The notes beneath the pieces were generated by a model. The model saw nothing but the letters and a program-made list of their open reading frames with translations, did no database searches and was not told the origin of the DNA. The translations under genes and the position numbers were made by a program. 64,000 nucleotides of DNA from a virus, in the UHGV virus genome UHGV-0176771, one strand, 5' to 3'. This document shows, piece after piece, positions 10,359 through 21,223 of this stretch; the stretch's first letter is position 1; each line of letters begins with the position of its first letter.

Positions 10359-10856
10359 TTATAATATTCTATTTGTTCCTATGTATATTGCTGCAACTTT
10401 ATCTCTTCCTATATAAATAGAGGAAACAGTAGACGATCCAATATACATATTGCTATCGTTCGAAATTTTTGGTTTTATAATAACCGTATTTTTTTTAGCT
10501 GTACTAACAGACAATCTTGCAACAAGACTATCATTCAAATAACCATCTGAAAGAACAGTTGTGCCAACTAGGATGTCCGGAATTCTTTTAGTAAATTTAT
10601 CATCACTTTTTCTATATAAAAATACTCCAAGGTTAATTCCTGTTGTTACGGTTGCGCCATTTAATTCTTCGGCAGTAAATTTTCTGCTGTGAGAATAAGC
10701 AGAATTAGTTCCAAACGTCCCATCATTCAAAATTCCATATAGTTCCCAATTTAAATCAATGTTTTGTTCAGCTTTAATTTCAGTATCGGAATCTTCATCA
10801 TTCGCTAAAAATGATTTTTTGCTTTTTACGTAATCATCCATTAGATCACCCCACAA
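10359..10856 (-). CDS. Hypothetical tail-associated protein (165 aa)
   Basis: ORF track. Confidence 0.5.
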   Translation of the reverse strand: MWGDLMDDYVKSKKSFLANDEDSDTEIKAEQNIDLNWELYGILNDGTFGTNSAYSHSRKFTAEELNGATVTTGINLGVFLYRKSDDKFTKRIPDILVGTTVLSDGYLNDSLVARLSVSTAKKNTVIIKPKISNDSNMYIGSSTVSSIYIGRDKVAAIYIGTNRIL

Positions 10857-11475
10857 TTAGATAAACAGTATTAGGATCTTTACTACCAAGAGAATCATAA
10901 TTTCCCTGCGTTATTTTCTGGAATTTAAATGGAACATCTGTTTTTGTCGCTACAGAAGATTTTGTTGCATATTTTCCGTCTGAAGCACTAGCATGGGACT
11001 GTATTGCTTGATTAATAGCGGAATTCATTTGAGATGTTGTTACATCTCCAGAACCAGTTCCACTAGCCCCTCTTGGAATTTTAAAATTTAATACAACATT
11101 TGGAAAAGTCCCAGTGTTTGTTACTGATGCTGGCGTTCCTGGCTCCACAGTTGTAACACTTCCAATTGTTACATTTGGAGTTATTCCATTTTTCCCTGGA
11201 GAACCTGGTTCGCCTTTTATGTCTATTAACGGGAACAAACTTTTCCATGCACTCCAACTTGAGTTACTTAACTTTGTACGATATTCAAGATTCGAAGCAT
11301 TTTTTCTAAGTTCTACACCTATTACAACCCCAGATGTTCCCCCACCTTGTATATTTAAATCCGAGATTAATACTTGGCGCACAGATTTAGTTACTCCATT
11401 TTTTATCAAAATTAAACTATCAGAACCTGATGCGGAAGATATAATCTCGACATCTGTCAGTTTTTTATCAGCCAT
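10846..11475 (-). CDS. Collagen-like-repeat tail fiber/collar protein (209 aa)
   Basis: Contains Gly-X-Y triplets GEPGSPGKNGITP; typical of phage fiber shafts. Confidence 0.55.
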   Translation of the reverse strand: MADKKLTDVEIISSASGSDSLILIKNGVTKSVRQVLISDLNIQGGGTSGVVIGVELRKNASNLEYRTKLSNSSWSAWKSLFPLIDIKGEPGSPGKNGITPNVTIGSVTTVEPGTPASVTNTGTFPNVVLNFKIPRGASGTGSGDVTTSQMNSAINQAIQSHASASDGKYATKSSVATKTDVPFKFQKITQGNYDSLGSKDPNTVYLIVG

Positions 11476-11489
11476 TTATTCTTCCTCCA

Positions 11490-13922
11490 TTAATATATAA
11501 ATCTATTTCCATTTTCGTCAGTTAAAATATTTCCATTTTCATCCGTCGAATAAACAATGTTAGAAGTATGTACAAACCCATAAGATTCAAACATCATTGT
11601 CTTTGAATTCCTTATCAAATTTCGACATCCAATGTCTACAGTAGCATCTGGAATGACAGAAATTGTACATCTGTCTAACTCCTCCTCCTTATTTAAGTCT
11701 TTATAAAGAATACACTGTATTTTAGTTAGATCTCTTTCTCTTGGCGTATATACAACTTCAGATTGTTTGACTTCAGAAAAATATTTTTGAGTAAAAGTAT
11801 TCCCATTTACAGATTCTGATATTTGAAATGCCCCGTTAAATTTTTTCTGCGCAGCAGTGCCTTCTCTTGAAAATGCTGAAAATGTAATTTGCTTTGGGTC
11901 GAAAGTATTTTCGGTTAATTTTTTTATTATAATATCTGAAGATTGCAGTGTATAAACAACCGTATTTTGAATATCGACTTCTTTTCTTTTAGATAAAACA
12001 AAACGTTTGGTGTCTGTTTTTACCTGTTCTTGTCCACTAATAGAAATAGTATATTTACCAGTAATATCAACATACCCGGTGTCAGATGTCATGTTTGTAA
12101 CAGTATAAGTATGAGTCGCGTTATTCCATGATCCTGTAACTCCATCAGAAACAGATTGAGTAAACACACAATTAGATGTTACATTCTCAGAACCAAAGAC
12201 TGCTGACACAGTTGTTTCACAACCAGAGTAATTTCCGTTATTCCCTTGTGAATCTGCAGGAATTGTATGGTCGTCATTTGTAAGAGAAATGGCAAAAGTA
12301 GCATTTTTCTTTAATTCTTCACTAAGTTCTGACTTCTTTAAATATGTTTTCTCTACTGTTGATTGAAATTTATTCGCTGACTGTTCTAAGCTACTTACAT
12401 TTTCCTCCAGAGCTTGTACTTTCGATCCGTCTGCTTTCGTAGCAAGTGTACTTTGCACGTTGCTTACTTCTGTTTGTATTCCGCCTAATGATGCTTCAAA
12501 TTTTGTCTGTTGCGTTTGTAAACCTTGAATCGTCTTCCCAGTCTCATCTACATATTTAGAAAAGGTATCTTCTGACAATTTAGCACTGATCTGTTTTTCA
12601 AGCCTGTCTACTTCAACACCTATTTGCGTTACAATTGTACTTTCCAATAAGGGAAGTCCATTGCTTACATCTTCTGGTGCAGTTTTCCAATCAGTTACAA
12701 CAGTTCCTCGCTCAATCTGTAAATTCTTAAACATGTAATATGTTTCAGGATTTGAATCCATATCAGAAAGATATAACACCTGTTTATCTAATACAGGAAG
12801 TTCTGCTTTGGTATGAACATGGAATACGCACTGAGTCCACGTATCTTTTACAACTTCGTTTTTAACATTTTCGTATGTTTCCGCCAAATCATTTGACCCA
12901 TCTTTATTTTTTAGGAATGCAGAAATAGTAGTAGAAACATTCGATTTAACATCAAACGAAATCATATAATCTTCATCAGATTTATATTTCTTCGGCATAA
13001 CCTTCTCATATGTTATGTAAGAAAATCCTGTATTTTGTTTCGTCCCTCGAATCAGCTTTGCACAGTTTACATTATCAGATGTGACAGATTCTGTGGTGTA
13101 ATCTCCAGTTTCAAGTTGCCATTTCCAGTTTCTGTCTCCACGGTTTGTCTCTTCCGCAAGATTGACTCCACCAGTAGAAATACTTCCGTCACTTAAAACA
13201 GTAACTGTCTGAAAATCTAACTTTTCTGTGATACCACCACTTGCACATAAGGTTGCTCTAATTGAGGTGTCGTCTTTTTGTAAGTTATATACAGTCTCTT
13301 TCTCGTCTTTTCCAGAGGTATAAACCGTATCAAATGAAGTTCCATTTACGCTTCTTTCTATAATAAAGCGTCCAGAATAAGGATTAGTAGATGCTGAATT
13401 TCCATCTTTATAAATAGCAGAAAATGTAACAGAAGCTGGAGAAAATTTATTACCAGTAAATTTCTTAACAACTAAGGTAGAAGATTGGATAGAATAAATT
13501 CGTGCTGCAGAACCAGCCGCTCCATCTTTTGTCTTTGTCCACGAAAATTGTTTTGTTATCTGATTCCCTTTTATTGTAAATGTTAAAGGGATTGCACCAG
13601 TTAGCACATCAGATCCGCCAAGATCTGCGCCTTTTGAGATATTTAATGTTACTAATCCGTCTTTATCAGGAGTAGCATTTTCTGCTGTATGACTCATTCC
13701 AGGTGGCAATAATCCAACGGACACATCACATGCTACTTTTTGAAAACCTTCATATCCGGCAAATGGAATTTCTAACAAAAGTTGTTTACTGACAAGACCA
13801 CTATTTGTACAAGGAATAGATTGAGCTTCATTTGCAATAACAACATTTAACGCAGGAGTTCCCGGTAAACCTTGTTCACCATCATTCACTACAGATAATG
13901 TGATTTGTCCATATGCTTTCAT
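11490..13922 (-). CDS. Large tail fiber / receptor-binding protein (810 aa)
   Basis: ORF track; coiled-coil segment plus beta-rich domains. Confidence 0.55.
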   Translation of the reverse strand: MKAYGQITLSVVNDGEQGLPGTPALNVVIANEAQSIPCTNSGLVSKQLLLEIPFAGYEGFQKVACDVSVGLLPPGMSHTAENATPDKDGLVTLNISKGADLGGSDVLTGAIPLTFTIKGNQITKQFSWTKTKDGAAGSAARIYSIQSSTLVVKKFTGNKFSPASVTFSAIYKDGNSASTNPYSGRFIIERSVNGTSFDTVYTSGKDEKETVYNLQKDDTSIRATLCASGGITEKLDFQTVTVLSDGSISTGGVNLAEETNRGDRNWKWQLETGDYTTESVTSDNVNCAKLIRGTKQNTGFSYITYEKVMPKKYKSDEDYMISFDVKSNVSTTISAFLKNKDGSNDLAETYENVKNEVVKDTWTQCVFHVHTKAELPVLDKQVLYLSDMDSNPETYYMFKNLQIERGTVVTDWKTAPEDVSNGLPLLESTIVTQIGVEVDRLEKQISAKLSEDTFSKYVDETGKTIQGLQTQQTKFEASLGGIQTEVSNVQSTLATKADGSKVQALEENVSSLEQSANKFQSTVEKTYLKKSELSEELKKNATFAISLTNDDHTIPADSQGNNGNYSGCETTVSAVFGSENVTSNCVFTQSVSDGVTGSWNNATHTYTVTNMTSDTGYVDITGKYTISISGQEQVKTDTKRFVLSKRKEVDIQNTVVYTLQSSDIIIKKLTENTFDPKQITFSAFSREGTAAQKKFNGAFQISESVNGNTFTQKYFSEVKQSEVVYTPRERDLTKIQCILYKDLNKEEELDRCTISVIPDATVDIGCRNLIRNSKTMMFESYGFVHTSNIVYSTDENGNILTDENGNRFIY

Positions 13923-13945
13923 ATTTCACCATCCTTATATAGAAA

Positions 13946-13972
13946 TAGAAGAGCAGCATAACACCGCTCTTC
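13946..13972 (-). terminator. Intergenic hairpin/terminator after the 13982..16468 gene (stem AGAAGAGC/GCTCTTCT)
   Basis: Hairpin AGAAGAGC-AGCATAACACC-GCTCTTCT. It carries a variant of the recurrent AATAGAAGAG motif. Confidence 0.5.
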
Positions 13973-13981
13973 TTATACTAT

Positions 13982-16468
13982 TTATGAAATTTCAATTTCT
14001 GCTGAACAGTTAATTACAAGATTTTTATCAACCATTTCTCGATCAACAAAAATAACTTTTCCAGTAGTCCATTCTTTTCCAACATCAAGTTCTACACCAT
14101 TTTGTCTTCTATAATATTTATACGTTCCTTTTGGAAGATCCTCGTCAGAGGCATCCTCCCATGTAGCTCCATTATATTTTTTTAATTTCACAGTTTTTGC
14201 TACCTTGTCAATATGATAATAGAAGTCATTTTCTACTGCCGTTTTTGGGGCTGTAACAGAGAATGTTGTTGATTTGATAGGATCAATTTCCTTACCATTT
14301 AAGTACGCAATCGTATAAACAGCACCATATGTTGTTTCATTAGTGAGCTGATTACCGATGGAGCATAATACCTGTAAATCAATTGGGTCATTTTTATCGG
14401 TTACTGTCCAATATGCAATATATTGTTTTCCGCCATAGGTAGCCTCACATTTAAAAGATGCGAGAGATTCCACCATAGAAGGAGTAACAGTAAGTTTATT
14501 TTTAGTTTCGCTATCTAAAACATCGTATCTTCCATCAGTAAATTTATACCATTTGTATGTAATACCAGATTCAATAATTGCGCTTCCGTCTGTAAGTTGT
14601 GTTGTAAGCTCAACACTATTTGCACCATTTACAATGACATCTCCTTGTGGGGCGTAAATCTGAAGCAACACAGCATTTGTTGCCTGTATGCTTTTTGTCC
14701 ATCCAAATTTCTTCACTACAGATACACCTTCCACTGTAAATGTAAGCGAAAATGTTCCTGACAAATCAGATGCTGAACCAAGTGCATTTCCGGCAGGAAT
14801 ACTAATAACTAACAACCCATCATTAGACGCAGTTCCAGCAGTATTCGTTCTTACAGTAACACCAGATGGTAAACTTCCTGGTGTACATTTTGCAGCCACA
14901 CGACTTAATCCCTTATAAGCATAAAAAGGTATATTAAGCTCTTTTGCAATCTTTACTGTTCCATCTGAATTACATGGAATAACTTCTGCTTCATTTCCAA
15001 GAATAACAGAAATAGAATCTTTGCCAGGTGCTCCGTCACCACCGTCTTGACCGTCAACTGTTACCATTACAGTTTGAGTATCTAATTTTGTAGTTGTACC
15101 ACCAGATGCATATAATTCACATCGTATTGCTCTTACCGTAATATTGGATGGAGTATACACCTTACTTGATTCATCACTTGCAGACGTATATTTTGCAGTG
15201 CCAAAACTTAATCCATCTGTGGACTCAAAGATTTTAAATCTTCCATTATATACCGTTTGACTTACTGCAGCACCTACTTGCTTTGCAGCAGAAAACGTAA
15301 CATTTGCTGGGAGAAAGGCATTATTTTTTCCAAGATTCATAGATAAAGTGGATGTCTCAAGAGAATAAATTACCGCATCAGAACCGTCAACTCCGGCACG
15401 TTGTTTAATAAGAGAAAATCTCTTTTTTAAGGCTGTAGATTTCAAAGTGCATGAAAATTCAACATGACCAACGTCTACATTGTCATCCATTTTTGTAACA
15501 GTATATTTGTTGCCAATAAATGTTCCTTGAATACCTTCACTAGGAACGGCACTTATAGCCCATTTTGATGTCACATCAATTCCGCCTTCAAAAACACTTA
15601 CGCTCGTTTCAGCTCCTTTATATCCTGTATCTGGGTTTATATAACCACTTGAATTACACGGAAGAGTATGACTTTCATTACTTAATACTACTGCGACTGT
15701 ACTATTACCCGCAGCACCATCTCTAATTTTTGTAATCGTATGGATATCATAGACGGAAGAGTCATTTGTAACCAACTTGATAACTGCTGTATCATTTGTA
15801 AATAATGCATTTTCAGAGGCTTTAATTACAATAGATGCTCCATTAATGGATGGGTTATGTGTTGTAGTCATTGCAACAAATTCACCTGTAGCACTTTTAT
15901 ACTGCCACTGAGAAATGCTTACATTTGTACAATTTGCTGTTAATGTGATTGTGTCTACACCGACAAGGGCTTGTGAAGAATTGTACAAAAAGACAGACTC
16001 ACCAGAAATTGAACAATACTTTGCTTCCGTAGCCTGTTTTGATAGAGAAAATGTCATTTGAGCCTGTGTCTCTATAGTAATATTCGTGTTTGTATCTGTA
16101 TATTGCACATTTGCAATATATGTCAAAATTCCACTTTGAATTGTACTTAAAAAATTCTGAGATACGGTCAAGGTTCCATTTTTAACAGTTTCTCCTGCTT
16201 TTAATTCTTCAGCAGGATTTGACCCTTCTTGCCTTTTCCATGTCACAGATAATCCTGTTTTTGGAAAAGTTAATTGTTCATCATTTAAATATACAACTGG
16301 GGTCAAAACCAAATTATTTTTGCTCCAATCTGGGGTATATACTGTTTCAACCCCATTTGGATTTTCAATAACAGTCTGTGGAAGACTGCTTGTTATATAT
16401 AAATTTAAGCGACCTACATCTGTAGCGTCTGTAATAGTAATCGAACTATATGCTTTTGCTAAAGCCAT
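13982..16468 (-). CDS. Large tail fiber/baseplate protein (828 aa), Ig-like repeat rich
   Basis: ORF track. Confidence 0.55.
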   Translation of the reverse strand: MALAKAYSSITITDATDVGRLNLYITSSLPQTVIENPNGVETVYTPDWSKNNLVLTPVVYLNDEQLTFPKTGLSVTWKRQEGSNPAEELKAGETVKNGTLTVSQNFLSTIQSGILTYIANVQYTDTNTNITIETQAQMTFSLSKQATEAKYCSISGESVFLYNSSQALVGVDTITLTANCTNVSISQWQYKSATGEFVAMTTTHNPSINGASIVIKASENALFTNDTAVIKLVTNDSSVYDIHTITKIRDGAAGNSTVAVVLSNESHTLPCNSSGYINPDTGYKGAETSVSVFEGGIDVTSKWAISAVPSEGIQGTFIGNKYTVTKMDDNVDVGHVEFSCTLKSTALKKRFSLIKQRAGVDGSDAVIYSLETSTLSMNLGKNNAFLPANVTFSAAKQVGAAVSQTVYNGRFKIFESTDGLSFGTAKYTSASDESSKVYTPSNITVRAIRCELYASGGTTTKLDTQTVMVTVDGQDGGDGAPGKDSISVILGNEAEVIPCNSDGTVKIAKELNIPFYAYKGLSRVAAKCTPGSLPSGVTVRTNTAGTASNDGLLVISIPAGNALGSASDLSGTFSLTFTVEGVSVVKKFGWTKSIQATNAVLLQIYAPQGDVIVNGANSVELTTQLTDGSAIIESGITYKWYKFTDGRYDVLDSETKNKLTVTPSMVESLASFKCEATYGGKQYIAYWTVTDKNDPIDLQVLCSIGNQLTNETTYGAVYTIAYLNGKEIDPIKSTTFSVTAPKTAVENDFYYHIDKVAKTVKLKKYNGATWEDASDEDLPKGTYKYYRRQNGVELDVGKEWTTGKVIFVDREMVDKNLVINCSAEIEIS

Positions 16469-16479
16469 AAAAATCCTCC

Positions 16480-19400
16480 TTAGAAAACTGCTCTTGCGAG
16501 TTCTTTATCTTCATTAAAAAAGGAACAAGTGAAACTTGCCCCGCCAAATACATCTTCGTTTGTAATATGCAAACCTTTTGTTCCGTTTGCATGTGCCATA
16601 TTCCAATAATGATCACCATCAGAGTCTGGAGATTGCCTCGTCCATATAAAATGCGTTTCATCGTACATATCTGTTACATTGCTCTGACCAAGATATAACG
16701 TTGGTGAGAGAGTGGTGTTTATCATACCTGGTCTAAAAACAACTCCGTTTGATGAATATATACTCATAGTATATGGTGTAGAAACTTTAATTCCGTCAAT
16801 CTGCGTCTGCATATTTGAAAACTGTTTTTCAATAGTTGTGAACGATGCATTGATTCCTTCACCGTTTACAACAACATCAGATACATGAATTTTCCCATCT
16901 GCATCTTGTTCTACAGCTTGAAAAGCCAGTTTATCCTTTGCAATTGTATTATTTGCGATCATATCGTTTTTAATTAAACCATCTTCGATTGCAGAATCTT
17001 TAATACCTGTAGAATCTATCAGAACACCTTTTCCAGTTTCGTCATATAAACAAAATGTGAAATTATCATTATTATCTCTTCCTATTTGAATACGTACAAC
17101 GTTATTTTTATCTTTAAATTGCATTGTGTTTTCTACAATAGAAATGCCACCATCATCTGATCCAATCTGAAATTGGTCTGTTGATATTTTACTCGCTTTC
17201 AACATATCAACCGTAATACGAGCTGCAATCAACTCACTAATGACCGCTTCATCAATCACAACATTCTGTGCTGTAAGTTTGATAATATGTCCAAGTTCAG
17301 CAGACACGTTTCCTGAAATCAAATTGTCAATATTTGCAACATAAGCAGCTAACTTTTTGAAATCACCAGATTGAGCAACAATCTGTCCAGCAGAAATAAG
17401 TTCCGCCTGTAAGTACTGGAAGAAACCATTTTCTGCATGAATGTTGATACACTTGATCATTTCTGCTTCAAGCGTTCCCGGAGTAATATAATCACCGCCA
17501 CCACCACCGATGATACTTCCGCCAGAACCATTTACGATATTCTGTACTTTATTTGTAAAAGCAGAAGACTGTAACAGTTTCTGTAAAATCTCATAAATGT
17601 TATCATCTGTGATTTGCAGATTTCCTACATAATTGTTTCTGGCTCCGCCACCTCCAAGATTTGATCCTGTCCCAAGAATTGAGATAAAATCATTTCTTTT
17701 AGACCTTGATTTGATCATATTTGAAAATGTAATAGTAAAATTGTTGTCAAATAGAAATGGGTTATAAGAAATATTCATCACACGTAATTTTACAAAATAA
17801 TCATCTCTGATTCCGAGCCAAATAAAATTCCCGAAATCTAAAGTTCTTGCATGTAATTCTGTTCCAGATGCAGAAATTAAATTGTCTGTATCAGTTGAAT
17901 ATATGACTTGTGGAACAGAAGAGGCTTCTAATTCCTCTAACGCAATACGGCATAGTTCCTGTTGTACAGTTACAATATCCCTAAGTGAATCCTGTGTACT
18001 TATAAAAATGTTTTCATTTGTGTATGTCGTAGGATTAGTGATGTGATAAAGTTCTGCCAGTTCCTCTTTGGTAAAACCACCTAATTCATTGTCAGCCCAT
18101 GTTTCTAATGCCATGTCTTGACCAAGAGCAGTACGTTTCTTGCCAAGTTCTTTCTGTTTTTCTTCCTCTACCTTTGCCTCTTCTCTACGTTTCTTTAATG
18201 CTGCAGCACAAGAATCTGCATTTTTCTCGTCAAGTTGATATGCGTTCTTTTCATAAATTTCATGTTTTCCTTTAAACCCATCTTCTGTTAAAGGTGGATA
18301 TTTTTCTGGATCTTCTTTTGAAAGTTCTTGATATCTTTCCCACGTTAAGTCATAGTGACTTTTCTGCAACAACTTAACTTGATCCTGATATGCAGTTAAT
18401 TTTACTTCCAGTTCATTGATTCCATAATATTCCCATGTTGTTTCATAATCTTCGATAAAATCCATTTCACCTTCAGACGTTGGTAATTTTCGATTATCGA
18501 ATTCAATTTGAATATTAGGGAGAATTGTATCCACGATTTGATGATAGATATTTGCGTCTGGAGATGCATTAAGAGCATCGATATCAAATTTCCCGTCCTC
18601 ATCTACATATATTTTTTCGTAACCAAGTTTCTGTGCTTCGTATTCTTTTTTCAGAGCAGTTAGTGCTTCATCTGATAATTTATGCCAGTTACTTGGATCA
18701 CAGTCTCCGGTAGGAATTCGAATATAAATCTCAGTGATTTTATCTTGTAATTCATTCCATTCTTTTGACATCTTTGTATAATCAATTCTTGCCTGTACAC
18801 AAAAATCAAACCATGCTTTATATTTTTTAATCGTAGAATCGGAAAGATATTTATTATTTAGCCAGAACCGATCAAGATAAAATAAATTATTATTTCCGCC
18901 ATTTACCTGTTCAATTCCTAAATCGTTTGCGCCGGATACACGATATTTAGTATAAATGTGTTCATCATCTACTGATACATCAGCAGAATTCTGGACATTA
19001 CGATATCCGATTGTAATGTTTGTTTCTTTCCCAAAATTTTCTACACGATAAAAGTTCACAACAAGATTCTTAAAGTCAAATTCTACAATACAGTTAAAAA
19101 ACTTTTCAAAATCTTGCGTTAAAAATGTATACGTATCTTTATAGTCAACATCAAAAGTTCCGATTTCATCTTTTAGATAAACCAGCTTCTTTTTAATTTC
19201 TCCATTTTCAATTGTTTCGTATTCTTTTGGGATATTGTCGATATGACCGATTTTCCATCCAGGAACTTTTTCAATTAAGATGTTTACAAGACTAAGTTGA
19301 GGTGTTAGCTCATTGTAAAATTTGATCTGTTCTTTTGCAAATTCTACACCATCAACTTCTTCCACATTACCTTCAACCAGCATTTCAAGAGAATCTGTAG

Positions 19401-19782
19401 TTCCGCAATTCACTTTCCAACCATCAAGAGGAATCTGCCCGTATTCTCCTTGTGCAGAATTTGCAGTTACAGTTTTATATTCTCTTGTACCTATACCATG
19501 TGTTTCTGGGCTGTCCATAATGAACCATCCAAGAGTAGAAATATAAATCTTCATATATTTAGATAACCAGTTATAAGCAGAAGATTCTATCATTCGTCCA
19601 TCATCTGTTTCTATGTACTGATTCACATCAAAAGTGATAGAAGAAACATCGTTGCACACCCCTTCAAAATTCACTGTTGAAATATCTATTCCGTTAATTG
19701 CACAAAGAAAAATTCTACTTGGAGTTGCAAGGTACGCGACTGGCTGTTCATGTCTTCCATATAAATCATAATTCAGTTGCAA
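16480..19782 (-). CDS. Tail-associated lysin / tail tip protein (Tal; 'phage minor structural protein N-terminal region' / prophage tail endopeptidase family)
   Basis: 1100 aa; lies immediately downstream of Dit. The N-terminal region is typical of siphovirus Tal proteins of Firmicutes. Assignment by position and domain architecture. Confidence 0.7.
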   Translation of the reverse strand: MQLNYDLYGRHEQPVAYLATPSRIFLCAINGIDISTVNFEGVCNDVSSITFDVNQYIETDDGRMIESSAYNWLSKYMKIYISTLGWFIMDSPETHGIGTREYKTVTANSAQGEYGQIPLDGWKVNCGTTDSLEMLVEGNVEEVDGVEFAKEQIKFYNELTPQLSLVNILIEKVPGWKIGHIDNIPKEYETIENGEIKKKLVYLKDEIGTFDVDYKDTYTFLTQDFEKFFNCIVEFDFKNLVVNFYRVENFGKETNITIGYRNVQNSADVSVDDEHIYTKYRVSGANDLGIEQVNGGNNNLFYLDRFWLNNKYLSDSTIKKYKAWFDFCVQARIDYTKMSKEWNELQDKITEIYIRIPTGDCDPSNWHKLSDEALTALKKEYEAQKLGYEKIYVDEDGKFDIDALNASPDANIYHQIVDTILPNIQIEFDNRKLPTSEGEMDFIEDYETTWEYYGINELEVKLTAYQDQVKLLQKSHYDLTWERYQELSKEDPEKYPPLTEDGFKGKHEIYEKNAYQLDEKNADSCAAALKKRREEAKVEEEKQKELGKKRTALGQDMALETWADNELGGFTKEELAELYHITNPTTYTNENIFISTQDSLRDIVTVQQELCRIALEELEASSVPQVIYSTDTDNLISASGTELHARTLDFGNFIWLGIRDDYFVKLRVMNISYNPFLFDNNFTITFSNMIKSRSKRNDFISILGTGSNLGGGGARNNYVGNLQITDDNIYEILQKLLQSSAFTNKVQNIVNGSGGSIIGGGGGDYITPGTLEAEMIKCINIHAENGFFQYLQAELISAGQIVAQSGDFKKLAAYVANIDNLISGNVSAELGHIIKLTAQNVVIDEAVISELIAARITVDMLKASKISTDQFQIGSDDGGISIVENTMQFKDKNNVVRIQIGRDNNDNFTFCLYDETGKGVLIDSTGIKDSAIEDGLIKNDMIANNTIAKDKLAFQAVEQDADGKIHVSDVVVNGEGINASFTTIEKQFSNMQTQIDGIKVSTPYTMSIYSSNGVVFRPGMINTTLSPTLYLGQSNVTDMYDETHFIWTRQSPDSDGDHYWNMAHANGTKGLHITNEDVFGGASFTCSFFNEDKELARAVF

Positions 19783-20856
19783 TTAGATCAGTGCTCCTTT
19801 CCTTGGCTCCAAGTAAGAAATATTTAAAGTTACATTTCCAAACACTCTAAAAGTGTTATGTCCATGAATCAACCGCACCCAGTAAATATTGTCTTCCGCT
19901 TGAATACCAACACGTTCAAATACTACTGGTCTATCAAGTTCATCATAGAATGCTAAATTTTTACAATCCAATTTCAATTCCAAGTCACGCTGAGTCTGGC
20001 AGTAGAAAAATCCGCCCTGAAAAATATAATACTGCCCGTTTTCAATATAGTACGCGCCATACTTATTCTTCACTCCGTAAGAATCAGTAAGATAGAATAG
20101 GATAGCAGTATTATTGCATACAGATACCACATGACTATCTTTGTCATATACATATTCAAGAGTACACCCATTCATTTTTGCGTAATTTTCAATTTTATTC
20201 ATCAATAATTGTAACGTCAATTTGTTTGTGGATTGTAATGAGATTGTGCCAGATTCAAGTGTTTTACTGTCTGACAGATTATGGATATAGATTTGTTCTG
20301 TTGCTTTGGGATAAATATTAATAACTGGATATACATATCCGTATTTGTCGCTGCTTGTATTTTGCAACATAAAGTTTTTACTACGTGTAATGATTTGTTG
20401 ATCTTGTTTTTCTACATAAGAAAATGGCGAATTGCATGTGAATGTACATCGTAAACCGTAACAAATTCCCCAATTCTCATATGGAGTGACAGAAGAGAAG
20501 TAGCCTTTTACTTTTACAATCTCGTCCTGTTGTGTTGTAATTTTTAACCATCTATGTTCTTGAGGTGATGTGAGCCATGAAACTGTCTCCTCGTATTCTT
20601 CTGTAGATAATTCTAATTCTTCCTGAGATGTATTTACCTCGTAATCTTTTGTGATGTGTATTTCAAATACAAGTGTTTCTGTATATGTTGTTCCGAATCC
20701 AGTCACCTCTGGTCGATATTTATTCATTGTAGTAGATTCCATTTCTCTCACAATAGACGATGGAAGAGAAGTATCGTCATCAAAATTAACAGAAGAAAGA
20801 TTCTGTTGCTTCAATGTTTGCTCATCAAATTCAAAATCTTTACATACTAGAATCAT
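19783..20856 (-). CDS. Distal tail protein (Dit, Sipho_tail family)
   Basis: 357 aa; immediately precedes Tal; RBS GAGGTGA upstream of the ATG. Confidence 0.7.
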   Translation of the reverse strand: MILVCKDFEFDEQTLKQQNLSSVNFDDDTSLPSSIVREMESTTMNKYRPEVTGFGTTYTETLVFEIHITKDYEVNTSQEELELSTEEYEETVSWLTSPQEHRWLKITTQQDEIVKVKGYFSSVTPYENWGICYGLRCTFTCNSPFSYVEKQDQQIITRSKNFMLQNTSSDKYGYVYPVINIYPKATEQIYIHNLSDSKTLESGTISLQSTNKLTLQLLMNKIENYAKMNGCTLEYVYDKDSHVVSVCNNTAILFYLTDSYGVKNKYGAYYIENGQYYIFQGGFFYCQTQRDLELKLDCKNLAFYDELDRPVVFERVGIQAEDNIYWVRLIHGHNTFRVFGNVTLNISYLEPRKGALI

Positions 20857-20889
20857 ATAAATTCACCTCAACTTTCTTAAATTTTTATA

Positions 20890-20923
20890 TCAAAAAAGGA
20901 GCTGAGAAAATTCTCAACTCCTT
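20890..20923 (-). terminator. Rho-independent terminator immediately upstream of the Dit start, closing the 1.1 kb gap transcript
   Basis: Minus-strand hairpin GGAGTTGAGA-ATTT-TCTCAGCTCC, followed by TTTTTTGATAT. Confidence 0.6.
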
Positions 20924-21121
20924 GTGTATTCGTTATTTATAAAGGGCAGGAATATTCGTTTGACAGAATATTCCAAATTATTTATAATGTAGGTTAGAGA
21001 ACAGAATCAAACATTTTTATTCCAGGCTAGATAGAGATGGTAGGCGGTTTGAGTCACGTCTGGATGGTGACATCTAGTTTATCGTATAGATACCCTTGCT
21101 AAGAAAGGAGGGTGATACAAC

Positions 21122-21223
21122 GTGATAATTTGCGAACTTATTGCAGACATTGTGATTGGAGTCATTTCCTCTTACATAGTCAAGTTTATCGATAAGAAAC
21201 GCAAAAATAACCGCCATGAGTAA
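21122..21223 (+). CDS. Fst/Ldr-like type I toxin candidate (33 aa, (M)IICELIADIVIGVISSYIVKFIDKKRKNNRHE)
   Basis: SD AAGGAGGG lies 9 nt upstream of a GTG. The product is a single TM helix plus a Lys/Arg tail. The core LIADIVIGV parallels the Fst LVIAPIFVGL. The stop codon is embedded in a convergent hairpin. Confidence 0.5.
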   Translation: MIICELIADIVIGVISSYIVKFIDKKRKNNRHE

